A stretch of 55,534 nt of DNA from Verrucomicrobiota bacterium (lineage in GTDB: Bacteria; Verrucomicrobiota; Verrucomicrobiia; Limisphaerales; UBA9464): the NCBI GenBank assembly GCA_046090125.1, contig JBJSZF010000296.1:1-55534 (forward strand), in the 5' to 3' direction. Made by a program: the position numbers and the translations under genes. This document shows, in pieces, positions 17,422 through 29,000 of the stretch (the stretch's first letter is position 1; the number at the start of each line of letters is the position of its first letter). The notes beneath the pieces were generated by a model. The model was not told the origin of the DNA and searched no databases. It worked only from the letters and a program-made list of their open reading frames with translations.

Positions 17422-18360
17422 ATGAAGACGGCACAACCAACGGTCCAGACGTTCTACACGGACAACGCGGCGCAGCTCGGGCTGCACCTATTGGCGGGGG
17501 CGGGCGGTTTGTCGCGGGTGATTCGCGAGCCCACGGTCAACCGGCCGGGCCTGGCGCTGGCCGGGTTCCGGAAGTACTTCGCGCCGCGCCGCGTGCAGGT
17601 CATTGGCAACGTGGAGACCGCATATCTCCGCACCCTGGAACCCGCCCTGCGCCAGCAACGCTACCAGGAGTTCTTTGGGTCCCGGATCCCGTGCGTGGTC
17701 CTCTGCCGGGGGATCAAGCCGGAGAAGGCCTTCCTCCAGGCGGCCGAGAAGGCAGGCATCCCTGTCCTCCAGACGGGGCTGGTGACCATGAAGTTCATCA
17801 ACCTCGCGACGCTGGCGTTGGAGGCGTTGTTCGCCCCGCGAACGCAGGTGCACGGGAGCATGGTGGACGTCCAAGGGATTGGCGTCGTCATCCAGGGCGA
17901 GTCCGGCATCGGCAAGAGCGAGGCCGTCCTCGGGCTCCTCGAGCGCGGGCATTCGTTGGTGTCCGACGACATCACGCGGCTGATCCTCGAGGATGGCCGC
18001 AACGTGATTGGGTCGGGCAAGGAGCTAACCCGGAACCTCATGGAGGTGCGCGGGATCGGCATCATCGACGTGGCGGCGATGTTCGGAGTGGCTGCGATTC
18101 GCCCGACGAAGCAGGTGAACCTGGTGGTGACGTTGAAGCCCTGGGAGAAGGTGGAGGACGTGGACCGGCTCGGGCTGGAGGAACGGCACGTGGAACTGCT
18201 GGGCGTGGCGGTGCCCCACATGGAAATCCCCGTGCGACCCGGGCGCGACTTGGCGCGGTTGGTGGAGGTCGCCGCGTTCCAGACCAAGCTCAAGCTCGCC
18301 GGGATTCATCCCGCACGGGAACTGAGCCAACGCCTCACCGAGGCCATGCAGTCGATCTAG
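17422..18360 (+). CDS. hprK: HPr kinase/phosphorylase
   Basis: ATG 17422. NRPGLALAGF, P-loop GESGIGKSE, LVSDD, and MEVRGIGIIDV match the HprK signature regions. Confidence 0.9.
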   Translation: MKTAQPTVQTFYTDNAAQLGLHLLAGAGGLSRVIREPTVNRPGLALAGFRKYFAPRRVQVIGNVETAYLRTLEPALRQQRYQEFFGSRIPCVVLCRGIKPEKAFLQAAEKAGIPVLQTGLVTMKFINLATLALEALFAPRTQVHGSMVDVQGIGVVIQGESGIGKSEAVLGLLERGHSLVSDDITRLILEDGRNVIGSGKELTRNLMEVRGIGIIDVAAMFGVAAIRPTKQVNLVVTLKPWEKVEDVDRLGLEERHVELLGVAVPHMEIPVRPGRDLARLVEVAAFQTKLKLAGIHPARELSQRLTEAMQSI

Positions 18361-18442
18361 GAATCGGCGGCGGCGGAGAATCGCCCAAGACGGCTTTTTG
18401 GTTGGCCGTGTTCCCGCTGCTGGCAATGCTCCAAACATTCAC

Positions 18443-19243
18443 ATGAAGACGATCCAACTGGTTTCCTGGGCGGCGGGCACGGCCGCCGTGGCGGCGTTTG
18501 CGGCGGGCGTGGGCTACGACAACACCCCCCAAATTCCCGGCCAAAAGTGGCGGGTGCATGACAAGAACCGGCCCAACCCGCCCGTGGTCGCGCCCGCCGA
18601 GACGTTCAGCCACGGCGCGGTGGCCCCGGCGGACGCGAAGGTGTTGTTTGATGGAAAGAGCCTTGCCGCATGGAAGAGCGGGAAGGGCGACGCCAAGTGG
18701 AAGGTCGAGGACGGAGCCTTCGTGGTGACCAAGGGCGGCGGCGACATCGAGACACGCGAGAAGTTCGGGGACTTCCAGCTCCACATCGAGTGGTCGGCCC
18801 CCAACCCGCCGAAGGGCGACAGCCAGGGGCGCGGCAACTCCGGGATCTTCCTGCATGGCTTGTACGAGGTGCAGGTCCTGGACGTGTACAACAACAAGAC
18901 CTACGCCGATGGCCAGGCCGGCGGCCTCTACGGCCAGTGGGCGCCCCTCGCCAACGCCATGAAGAAGCCCGGCGAGTGGAACGCCTACGACATCATCTTC
19001 GAGGGCCCGCGCTTCGACGACGCCGGCAACGTCACCCGCAAGGCCTCCGTCACCGTCCTCCACAACGGCGTCGTCCTCCATCACCGCCAGGAGTTCAACG
19101 GCCCCACCGGCCACCAAAACGTCCCCAAGTACTTCAAGTACGACGGCACCGGCCCCATCCGCCTTCAGGACCACGGCGATCCCGTGCGCTTCCGCAACAT
19201 CTGGATCCGCCCCCTCGGGACCTATGACCGCCCCGAGAACTGA
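18443..19243 (+). CDS. DUF1080 (3-keto-disaccharide hydrolase family) protein, second paralogue
   Basis: ATG 18443 (MKTIQLVSWAAGTAAVAAFAAG). Motifs: LFDGKSLAAWK, FGDFQLHIEWS, GNSGIFLHGLYEVQVLD, IRLQDHGDPVRFRNIWIRPL. By eye, a bit over half of positions are identical to the 7245..7961 protein. Confidence 0.9.
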   Translation: MKTIQLVSWAAGTAAVAAFAAGVGYDNTPQIPGQKWRVHDKNRPNPPVVAPAETFSHGAVAPADAKVLFDGKSLAAWKSGKGDAKWKVEDGAFVVTKGGGDIETREKFGDFQLHIEWSAPNPPKGDSQGRGNSGIFLHGLYEVQVLDVYNNKTYADGQAGGLYGQWAPLANAMKKPGEWNAYDIIFEGPRFDDAGNVTRKASVTVLHNGVVLHHRQEFNGPTGHQNVPKYFKYDGTGPIRLQDHGDPVRFRNIWIRPLGTYDRPEN

Positions 19244-19246
19244 CCC

Positions 19247-19780
19247 TTGAAGAACATCGTCTATTTCGACCTCGAGACGCAGAAATCTGCCGAGGAGGTC
19301 GGCGGCTGGGACAAGGTCCGCGACCTCAAGATGAGCGTCGGGGTCACGTACAGCACGCAGCGTGGCGGCTACAAGATCTACGGCGAGCACGAGGTGCCCG
19401 ACCTGATCCGGGAGCTGCAACGGGCGGACCTCGTGGTGGGCTTCAACGTGGTGCGCTTCGACTACGAGGTCTTGCACGGGTACACCGTGTTCGACCTGTC
19501 GCAGCTTCCCACGCTCGACATGCTCGTGGTCCTGCACGAACGGCTGAAGCATCGCCTGTCCCTCGACTCCATCGCCAACGCGACGTTCGGGCTCGAAAAG
19601 ACCAGCGAGGGACTCCAGGCCATCCAGTGGTTCAAGGAAGGCCGCCTGATGGAGGTCGCCGAGTACTGCTGCTACGACGTCAAGCTCACCAAGCTCGTCC
19701 ACGAGCACGGCGCACGGCACCGGCAGTTGTTCTACAAGAACCGGTTCGGGGCCAAGCTCAGCGTGGCCGTGGACTGGTAG
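19247..19780 (+). CDS. RNase H-like / DEDD-type 3'-5' exonuclease domain protein
   Basis: TTG start 19247, 3 nt after the preceding stop. Exo motifs VYFDLETQ, GFNVVRFDYEVL and YCCYDVKLT. Confidence 0.75.
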   Translation: MKNIVYFDLETQKSAEEVGGWDKVRDLKMSVGVTYSTQRGGYKIYGEHEVPDLIRELQRADLVVGFNVVRFDYEVLHGYTVFDLSQLPTLDMLVVLHERLKHRLSLDSIANATFGLEKTSEGLQAIQWFKEGRLMEVAEYCCYDVKLTKLVHEHGARHRQLFYKNRFGAKLSVAVDW

Positions 19781-19795
19781 CCGATGCCCTCAGCC

Positions 19796-19830
19796 GACCG
19801 ATCCAACTGAATCGGCCCAGCTCAGGGAAG
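19796..19830. repeat. REP-like repeat copy between convergent genes
   Basis: GACCGATCCAACTGAATCGG shares its first 19 nt with 17381-17399. The tail CTGAATCGGCCCAGCTCAGGGA recurs at 8319-8340. It overlaps the last codons of the 19822..20649 gene. Confidence 0.55.
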
Positions 19831-20649
19831 CGCCTCGCCGTAGGCGTGTTCCCTGAGCCACTGGAGGTCCCGGCTGCCGGGATGGTAGATCGTCCAATGG
19901 TCCGGCAGCCACGGCGGGGCCGCCTCCTCCAACGTCCGCGGATCCAGCCACCTCGGCGTGTCCACGTGACCGTCCGCAAACGTCGCCACGCCCCGCGCGC
20001 CATGCCCCACGGAGGGCAGGTGATAGAACAGGTCCTTGAAGAAGCCCCGGTGCACGACAAACGACGCGTGGCACACGTTGCCCGGGGCCACGTCGATGAA
20101 CGTGAACAACTCCGAGGGCCGCGCGGCCGAGACGTCGCCCGTCTTCTCGAACAACCGGCGCCCGCCCAGGTGCAGCCATGGGTCCGGCACCGCGCCGTTC
20201 ATCGCGAGGTTCAACGCATAGCTGCGGGTCTTCGGGTATTCCTTGCCCCCGATTTCCACGCGGCTCCGGTCGGCGGGGCAACGATAGGTCCCGAGCGTCT
20301 GGATGTAGTCCGCGAAGGCCGCGCGACGCGGGTCCAGCAGCCATGACCGGTTGGTGAAGCCCCCGGGGTCGAGATGGGTGTTGCCGAGGACCCACAGCCG
20401 CTGGTTGCCCACCTCCTCCTCCGACCCATGGCCGTTCAGGGGCAGGGCCTCGGCGTGATCCGCCGCGTACATCGACCAAGCAAGGGCGAGCTGGCGCTGG
20501 TTGTTGATGCAGCCGGTGCGAAGCGCGGCCCGACGTGCCTGGACCAACGCGGGCAGCAAAAGCGCCGCGAGGATCGCGATAATCGCAATCACCACCAGCA
20601 ACTCGATCAAGGTGAACCCGGTCGCTCGTGCATGGTGCCGTGTCTTCAA
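19822..20649 (-). CDS. Prepilin-type N-terminal cleavage/methylation domain protein of the H-X9-DG (DUF1559-like) family
   Basis: [25 protein letters not shown] is a class III signal plus helix. The C-terminal [14 protein letters not shown] fits H-X9-DG. The likely start is TTG 20649 ([16 protein letters not shown]); the upstream ATGs in the track ORF (to 20817) would add a non-signal-like extension. Confidence 0.85.
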   Translation of the reverse strand: MKTRHHARATGFTLIELLVVIAIIAILAALLLPALVQARRAALRTGCINNQRQLALAWSMYAADHAEALPLNGHGSEEEVGNQRLWVLGNTHLDPGGFTNRSWLLDPRRAAFADYIQTLGTYRCPADRSRVEIGGKEYPKTRSYALNLAMNGAVPDPWLHLGGRRLFEKTGDVSAARPSELFTFIDVAPGNVCHASFVVHRGFFKDLFYHLPSVGHGARGVATFADGHVDTPRWLDPRTLEEAAPPWLPDHWTIYHPGSRDLQWLREHAYGEALP

Positions 20650-20686
20650 GGGAACGACCGTCGTGTGGGCATTTCTCGTGCCGGGT

Positions 20687-21448
20687 TCATGGCCCCGTCC
20701 ATGGCCCAAGCCCACCCGAGGCCACCAGTTCCACCATGCTGCCATCCAACCCCTTGATGACCCCGTCGAACACCACTGCATCCCCCACCCGCGCCAGTGC
20801 CTGGCGACGGCCACCACCCTCCCCCATGACGGTGGTGCGGTCGGCCGTCACAAACACCCGCGTCGCAAAGGACGGCGACGTGACCCGGGCACGGACGCGC
20901 ACCGGCGTTTCGGGGCGCCGAAACACCACGTCGAAGGGGGCCATGAACAGGGGCTTGTCCACGTCCGCCACAACGCCGTGGAACCGCGCCTTCACTCCCT
21001 TGTAGAGAGCCAGCGCGGCGGCGGGGTCTGATCCGAAGTGCGACAAGACATGGGCGAGGTCCACGGTCGAACCCTCGGACACACGACCGTCCAATGCGGG
21101 CGCTGGTCCGGCCTGGACGGCGGCTTGGGCGGCGGCGGGCGCCAGCCATGGGGACGGCGGCGGATTGGCCGAGGGACGTTGGGCAGCGCCGGTGGTAGTT
21201 GCTGCCGTTTCGGGCACCGCTTTCAGCCGACGGATCTCGGACTCAAGACGGCGAACCTCCGCCTCCAACGCATCGACCCGTTGCGACCGCGCCTCCAGAG
21301 CCTCCAAACGCTCGCGGGGAACGGCGACGTCCTCGGCAAGGACGCCGGTGGCGATAGTTCCGACGGCCATCCAACCCATTAGGACCGAAGCGGCCCGGAA
21401 CGCCCCCCAACGCGGGGCAAGGGCGAGGCAATGAACTCGTGGTGCCAT
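20687..21448 (-). CDS. Hypothetical signal-anchored protein with coiled-coil segment
   Basis: 253-aa ORF starting at ATG 21448. Hydrophobic N-terminus. Heptad-like [32 protein letters not shown]. Lies upstream of the H-X9-DG gene with a 37-nt gap. Confidence 0.6.
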   Translation of the reverse strand: MAPRVHCLALAPRWGAFRAASVLMGWMAVGTIATGVLAEDVAVPRERLEALEARSQRVDALEAEVRRLESEIRRLKAVPETAATTTGAAQRPSANPPPSPWLAPAAAQAAVQAGPAPALDGRVSEGSTVDLAHVLSHFGSDPAAALALYKGVKARFHGVVADVDKPLFMAPFDVVFRRPETPVRVRARVTSPSFATRVFVTADRTTVMGEGGGRRQALARVGDAVVFDGVIKGLDGSMVELVASGGLGPWTGP

Positions 21449-21513
21449 GTGGAGATCATGCCGCCGCCCTCTTGGCCGCGTCTATCACGGGTTGGGCGGG
21501 AGACCGGCGCCAC

Positions 21514-22023
21514 TTACGGCTTCGCGCCCTTGAGGTACGCAAGGACCTGGGTGGCCTGGTCGGACGTGGAACCCTTGGGATCCACCCACACGCAGGCGCC
21601 GTCCTTGAAGAGGAACGCCGAGCGGCTGGCCATGCCGACGAGGTTCTTCACTCCGAAGGCCTCGGTGACCTTCTTCTCGTGGTCGGCCAGCAGGCGGAAG
21701 GGGAAGCTGTACTCGTCCTTGAACTTCTTCTGGGCGGCCTCGTCGTCCGTGCTCACGCCGAGGACCTGGACGCCGGCCTTCTGCAAGTCGGACCATCCAT
21801 CGCGGAGGGAGCACCCCTGCTTGGTGCAACCGGGCGTGCTGGCCTTGGGATAGAAGTACACGAGCAGGTAACCCTTCGAGCCGGCCTCGGCGAGGGCAAC
21901 GGGCTTGCCGTCTTGGTCGTTGACGGTGATGGCGGGCAGGCGGGCACCCACGGCGAGCTTGTCGGCGGCAAGGCCGAGGAACGAAGTCAGTGAAAACATG
22001 ATGGTGACGAGAAGCGCTCTCAT
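21514..22023 (-). CDS. bcp: Secreted Bcp-type peroxiredoxin (AhpC/TSA family)
   Basis: ATG 22023 (MRALLVTIMFSLTSFLGLAA). YFYPKASTPGCTKQGCSL carries the peroxidatic Cys and a resolving Cys five residues later. Also GVSTDD and FPFRLLAD. Confidence 0.9.
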   Translation of the reverse strand: MRALLVTIMFSLTSFLGLAADKLAVGARLPAITVNDQDGKPVALAEAGSKGYLLVYFYPKASTPGCTKQGCSLRDGWSDLQKAGVQVLGVSTDDEAAQKKFKDEYSFPFRLLADHEKKVTEAFGVKNLVGMASRSAFLFKDGACVWVDPKGSTSDQATQVLAYLKGAKP

Positions 22024-22286
22024 GGGGCCACCGTGCCCGACGTGGCGGGGGCCGCAACGGCTGATTTCGAGGCGCAGCCGTGCATCCCGAAGTGGTCGGT
22101 GACATGGGAGCACAATGCGTGGGGACAGGTCCCTCAACGCGGGAGCGTGGAAAGGCGGCCGGGGACGGCCGCGCGCCCAGCGTTGGGCCCGCCACGCCGT
22201 GCTTGGGAACACCGACAACTTCGGGAGGCACCGGAACGGAGCGATGCCGGGGCCGTTGCTTGCCGTTTCCAGGGGTCGTTCATACC

Positions 22287-22862
22287 ATGGTCGCCATGCA
22301 ATTGACGGAGGCTCAGGCCCAGGTGGCGCGCGGGTGGCTCAGCGACGGGTTGAAGTTGTCGGACTTCCAAAAGCGGGTTGAGAAGGAGTTCGGCCTTCGC
22401 CTGACGTACATGGACACCCGGTTGCTGGTGGACGACCTGCGCGTCGTTCCCAAGGACATCGAGCCCCCCAAGGCTCCCGAGCCGGCTCCTGCGGCCGCAG
22501 CCTCGTCCGCGCCCGCCGCGTCGGCCACCACCCAAGCCTACCCAGTGGGCAACATCCCGGCACCGGGCGCCTTCCAGCCTTCCCCGATGGGCGCACCCGC
22601 CGCAACCCCCGCCTCCGCCTCCGCCCCCGCTCCTGCCCCCGGCGGCGGTGGCGTCAGCGTCACCGTCGATGCCATCACCCGTCCCGGAGCCCTCGCCAGC
22701 GGCTCCGTGACGTTCAGCGACGCTCAGAAGGCCCAGTGGTACCTCGACCAAACCGGGCGCTTCGGGATGGTTCCCCCGCAACGGGGCTACCGGCCCTCCC
22801 AGGAAGACTTGCAGGAGTTTCAGATGCTCCTCGACCGCGAGCTCCAGAAGCTCGGGTACTAA
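22287..22862 (+). CDS. Hypothetical protein (two small domains joined by a Pro/Ala-rich linker)
   Basis: In-frame ATG 22287 within track ORF 22080..22862. I recognise no family. The amino-acid composition of the two end domains looks coding-like. Confidence 0.55.
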   Translation: MVAMQLTEAQAQVARGWLSDGLKLSDFQKRVEKEFGLRLTYMDTRLLVDDLRVVPKDIEPPKAPEPAPAAAASSAPAASATTQAYPVGNIPAPGAFQPSPMGAPAATPASASAPAPAPGGGGVSVTVDAITRPGALASGSVTFSDAQKAQWYLDQTGRFGMVPPQRGYRPSQEDLQEFQMLLDRELQKLGY

Positions 22863-23006
22863 CGCCACACGCCGCCGGGCCTGGGGCGCGGCCACGCCCG
22901 GGGCCGAACCCTTGGTCACGGCCATCCCGGGACGTGGCCCTCAACGTTTCCTGCCCCGCCCGTTGCTCCCCGGCCCTGGAATTGCTTCCAATGGCGCATC
23001 ACCGCC

Positions 23007-26000
23007 ATGGAATCGTCGTGTCTTAGCCGCGTGGGGGCTGCTTCGGGCCTTGCGCTTTCCCTGTTGTCGTTGCTTCCCCGCCTGCATGGGCAGCTTGCCG
23101 TCCCCTTGGAGTTGTCGCCGGCATTGGGAGGGGGCCCGGAGGATGCGGTGGTGCGGCGCGGCCCGGATGTCTGGGAGCTGCGGAGCCGGGGCCGTGGCAT
23201 CCTCGCGGCGAACCCGGACCAGGCGGTTTTCGCGGGGATCGCGTGCACCAACGACTTCGACGTGCAGGTGCGCGTGGACGACTTGGCGGTCTCGAACCCG
23301 TTCGTTCGCGCCGGGTTGATGCTGCGAAGCTCCACGAACGCGTCCGCGACGTTCGCCGCCGTCTATGCGTCCAGCCCCATGGCGGGCTGCTTCGCGGAGA
23401 CGCGGACATCGACCGGGGGAGCCCCCACGCGGGCGTCGAACCTGGGGGGCTTCCCTTCGGCCCCGCCCACGGCATGGCTACGGATGCGGCGCGAGGGTGC
23501 CTCGGTGACCACCTTTGCGAGCGTGGACGGACGCGGGTGGACGCGGATGGCGTCGGTGTTCCTAGATGGCGGCCCGGAGGCGCAACTGGGGTTGGTAACG
23601 ACCAGCCAGAACGCCTGGGCCAGCACGCGGGCGCTTTTCTCAGGGCTGGGCAATACGACCCAGACGAACGAGGTGCCCTGGGAACACACCCGGGAGGGGG
23701 CGACGCCGTCGTCGCGCCGGACCGGGATGGTGTTCAGCGAGATTCAATACGCCCCGGGGGACGGCCCGGGCGCGGGGAGTGGCGTGGAGTTCGTCGAGAT
23801 TGCCAACCACGGCGACGTGTTCGTGGACATGACGGGGTGGACGTTGGACGGCGGGGTGTCGTTCCGCTTCCCGGACGGGTTCCAGTTGCAGGCGGGGGCG
23901 CGCGTCGTGGTGACGTCGCAGCCGGAGGCGTTGGCTCCCGTGGCGGGCCTCGCGCCGGTGCTGGGGCCGTGGTCGGGCAACCTGAACAACGCCGGCGACA
24001 CCGTTCGCCTGCGAGACTCCATCGGGGCCGTGAAGCTCAAGGTGGAGTACTCGCCCAACGCGCCATGGCCGGTGGCGGCCGATGGGACGGGGCACTCGTT
24101 GGTCTTGGCATCGCCGAGCTTTGGGCAGGAAGACCCCAGGGCTTGGACGGCCAGCCGGGTGCGGGGCGGATCGCCGGGCCGACCGGAGCCGGTGGAAGCG
24201 TCGCCCTTGGACTCGACGGTCTTGAACGAGGTGTTGGCGCACACGGACCTGCCACAGCTCGACTTCGTGGAAATCTATAACCGGTCGGCGTCGGCGGTGG
24301 ACGTGTCCGGGTGCATCCTCACGGACGACCTTGGGACGAATCGCTTCCGAATTCCGGCGGGGACCGTGCTGGCTCCTGGCGCGGAGAAGGCCTGGGACGA
24401 GACGGCCCTGGGGTTCCGGCTCTCGGCGGCGGGTGAGACGGTGTACCTGCTGTCGCCGGATGGCCGGCGGGTCATCGACGTCCTGAAGTTCTGGGCGCAG
24501 GAGAACGGCGTGGCCTTCGGACGTTCACCGGACGGATCCGAGGCATGGCGTCGATTGGCGCAGCCCACCCCGGGCGTTCCCAATGCGCCGCGCCGCGCCG
24601 AGGACGTCGTCATCAATGAGATCTTCTACAACCCGCCCGGCGGCGACGCCGACGAGTTCGTGGAGCTGGCGAACCGCGGGTCGCAGGCGGTGGACCTGGC
24701 GGGTTGGCGGATGCGCGGCGGGATTGCGTTCGACTTCCCGGCGGGGACGCGCATCGCCCCGGGCGAGTTCCTGGTGTTGGCAAAGGACCCGGAGCAGTTG
24801 CGAGCGAACCATCCAGACGTGCCGACCGCTCGGGTGGTGGGCGGATATCAAGGAACGCTGGGGAATGGCGGCGACGTGGTGCGGCTCACCAAGCCCGACG
24901 ACATCCAAAGCACGAACAGCCAGGGGGTCGTGACCACGGACGTCCTCCACATCGCGGTGGGCGAGGTGCGCTACGCCGACGGCGGCGCGTGGGGCCAGTG
25001 GTCGGACGGCGGCGGGTCGAGCCTCGAGCTGGAAGACCCGGACGCAGACCCGGCGTTGGCGGCGAACTGGGCGGACTCCGACGAGTCGCAGAAGGCCCCT
25101 TGGACGCGGGTGGAGTGGACGGGGCGGATGGACAACGGGAACGGGACGATCAACCGCCTGTACCTCGGATTGCTCAACAACGGCGAGTGCTTGGTGGACG
25201 ACGTTCAGGTGATCGGGCTGGCCGGCACCAACGTGATCAGCAACGCGGGCTTCGAGTCCGGTCCGTCCGGGTGGCTCCTTGGCGGCAACCATGCGGGCTC
25301 CGTCGTCGAGGCATCGGCCGCCAAGACGGGACTCCAGGGCCTGCGTGTTCGGGCCCAAGGTGGCCTGGACACGGGACCGAACGCGATTCGGGCCAACCTG
25401 ACGGCCACGTTGACGGCCAACAACAACGTCACATTCCGCGCATGGACGCGTTGGGTGGCCGGCTGGCCCGAGCTGCTCTTCCGCTTGCGCGGCAACCACT
25501 CCGACTACGCCGCGCCCTTGACGATCCCTCGCAACCTCGGCACGCCGGGCAAGCCCAACTCCCGCCGCCTGTCCAACGTCGGTCCGGCCATCCATTCCAT
25601 CTCTCATTCGCCCGTCCTGCCGCGGGTCGGTGAGGCCGTGCGCGTCATGGCCCGGGCGTCGGACGCCGACGGCGTCGTGGCGATGTCGCTGCGGTACCGC
25701 CTGGACCCCACGACGAGCACGACGGACGTGCCGATGCGGGACGACGGGCTGGACGGGGACGCGGTGGCGGCGGATGGGGTTTTCACGGGCACGATTCCCG
25801 GGCAGGGAGCCGGGGCGCTGGTGGCGTTCACGATCCGCGCGACGGACGGAAGGTCGGCCGAGTCCGTGTGGCCGCCGAGCGCGCCCTTGAACGAGGGCTT
25901 GATCCGGTGGAACGAGCCGGTGCCCTTCACCAGCCTTCCCCACGCCCACCTTTGGTGCACGTCCGTCAACCGCAACGCCCCCGGCGGCAACCCCCTCAAC

Positions 26001-29000
26001 AACGCCTACCGCCGCGGCACCGTCGTCTATGGCAATACCCGCGTCGTCCACCAGGTCATCTTCCGGGACAAGGGCAGCCCTTACCATGGCGGATCGGGCG
26101 ACATCACGGTGCGCCTTCCCTCGGACGACCTCCTGCATGGCGTGAGCGAGCGCCTGTTCTCCAAGACGGGCAATGGCGGCGTCGAGGACACGGCCCTGCG
26201 CGGCCGGGTCGCCAACTGGCTTGCCTCGCGCATGGGGATCCCGTCGCTCGAAGGCAAGCACCAGCTCTTCTATATCAACGGAGCCAGCTTCGCGAACGTC
26301 GTCGAGGACCTGGAGGAGCCGGACCATGCCTATGCCGAGGACAACTACCCGGAAGGCGGCCAAGGCGACCTCTACAAGATCTCGATCTGGTTCGAGTTCC
26401 AGGACGACAACCGCAACTTCGCCTCCACCTCGGCAACGATGGAGTCCTTCACGTCGAATGGTCAGCCCAAGCTCGCGCGGTACCGATGGAACTGGGAACG
26501 CCGCGCGCAGGAGTTCCCGGAAAGCAACTACCAGACGATCTTCGACCTCGTGTCCGTGTTGAACTCGCCCCTCGACTCCGGATTCCCCGGCCGCGTGCTG
26601 CAACAAGCCGACATCGAGGAATGGATGGGCGTCTTCGCCTTCCACCGCGTAACGGGCAACTGGGACTCGTGGACCTACAACATCGGCCAAAACATGTACC
26701 TCTATCGCCAGCCGGGGCGCCGGGCCGTGCTTCTTCCATGGGACATCGACTTCGTGTTTGGCCTGGGCGACGGCACGACGGCGGGATTCACCGGCGGCCA
26801 GGACCCCATCGCCAACGCACGGCTCTACGCGCCCGCTCCCTTCCAGCGAATGCTATGGCGCGCCCTCCATCGCGCGGCCAACGGCCCCCTCACGCCCGCC
26901 CAGTTTGTCCCCGTCGTCGAGGGCTACCGCCTTCTCCACCAGCAAAACAACATCACCGGCCTCGCCGCCCTCTCCAGCGTCACCAACTACATGACCGGCC
27001 GCAGAACCTATATCCTCAACCAGCTCAACGCCTCGGCCAACACCGCCTTCAGCATCACCTCCAATGGTGGCAACAACTTCGCCTCCGCTCAGCCCGTCGC
27101 CACCCTCGCCGGCAACGCCTCGTTCCTTGTGGCCGACATCGCCGTCAACGGCGTCCGCTACCCCGTCAACTGGACCGGCCTCACCACCTTCAGCGTGGCC
27201 GTGCCCCTGACGCAGGCCACGAACGCCCTCGTGCTGACGGCCCTCGATGCGGCCGGCAGGCCCACCGGAGCCTCCGATTCGATCACCATCACCTACCCGG
27301 GAGCCGTGCCCCAGGCACGCGACTGGGTCGTGCTCAACGAAATCCACTACAACCCCGCCATCCCGGGCACGTCCTTCGTCGAGCTGTTCAACCGCAACAC
27401 CTCCGTCCCCTTCAACCTCGACGGCCACCGGCTCGAAGGCATCGGCTACACCTTCCCCTCCAACGCCACCATCCTCCCCAGTGGCTTCCTCGTCCTCGCC
27501 GCCGACCGCGCCGCGTTCAGTTCTGCCTTCGGCGCTGCCGTCCCTGTCTTCGACGAGTTCACGGGCAACCTCGACAACAATGGCGAGCGCCTCGGCCTGC
27601 TGCCGCCCGGGGCCGACGTCGCGTTTAGCCGCGTGCGGTACCTCGACCGCGCGCCTTGGTCCACCAACGCCGATGGCTGGGGGCCCTCCCTCCAGTTGAT
27701 CGACCCCGCCCAGGACACGCGGCGCCCCGCCAACTGGGCCGCCACCGCCACCAACGCCCCCAACCGCGTGACGCCCGGGACCAACAACGCCGTCCGCGCC
27801 TGGCTCCCCGCCTTCCCCCCGGTCTGGCTCAACGAGGTCGTCCCCTTGCCTTCCGCGACCGTCGTGGACAATGCCGGCGACGCCGACCCCTTCGTCGAAC
27901 TGTTCAACCCCACCTCCACCGTCGCCGACGTCTCGGGCCTGTGGCTGGGCGACAGCCTGGCCACCCCGCAGCGCTGGCAGTTTCCGGCCGACACCCTCGT
28001 GCCCGCCCGCGGCTCGCTCGTGGTGTGGCTCGACAACGAGCCCTCCGAGTCCGTCCCGGGCCAGCCCCACGCCACGTTCCGTCTCCCGGCCTCCAAGGGC
28101 TCCGTGGTCCTGTCCCGCCTCCAAGGCAACCCCGCCGCCGTGGCCGTGCTCGACTCCCTCGACTATGACGCCCTCCCGGCTGGCCGCGGGCTCGGCTCCG
28201 TGCCGGACGGCGATCCCTATGCGCGCAGGCCCCTCTACGTGGCAACGCCCGGCAAGACCAACGACGCCTTCGTGCCCAAGGTCGAGGTCGTCATCAACGA
28301 GGTCCTCGCCTCCAACACGTCCGTGCTCGCGGACCCGGCCGACGGCGACTTCGACGACTGGATCGAGCTGTACAATCCGGCCGCCACGCCCGCGGACATT
28401 TCCGGGTACTTCCTGACGGATGACCTGGCGAACCAGACGGCCTCCGTCCTGCCCGCAGGAACCGTCGTCCCCGCCGGCGGCTTCCTCCTCGTGTGGGCCG
28501 ACGGCGAGCCCGGCCAAACCGACGCGGCGAAGGGTTGGTTCCACGCGAGCTTCAGCCTCGCGCGCGGTGGCGAGGCCGTGGGCTTGTTCGCGCCGGATGG
28601 CTCGCGGGTGGATGGCTTCGCCTTCGGGCCGCAAACCAACAACGCCTCCCTCGGGCGCTACCCCGACGGCCCCGGCAACGACCTCATCGCCATCGAGGGC
28701 CCGACGCCCGCCGCATTCAATGCCGTCCCCGGGGGCAACATGCCGCCGCGATTCCAGCCCATCGCCACGCAGTCCGCGACCGAGGATCTGCGCTGGACGC
28801 TGCGCGTGCAGGCCACCGATCCGGACGCGGGACAGACTGTGCGCTACGAGCTGGGGGCCGACGCGCCCGCCGGCGTCGAGATCGACCCCGGGACCGGCAC
28901 GTTGACGTGGACGCCGTCCGAGGCCCAGGGGCCGGGCACCTTTGCCTTTGCGGTGCGCGCCATGGATTCCGGGTCGCCGCCGCGATCCTCGGTCGCACGC

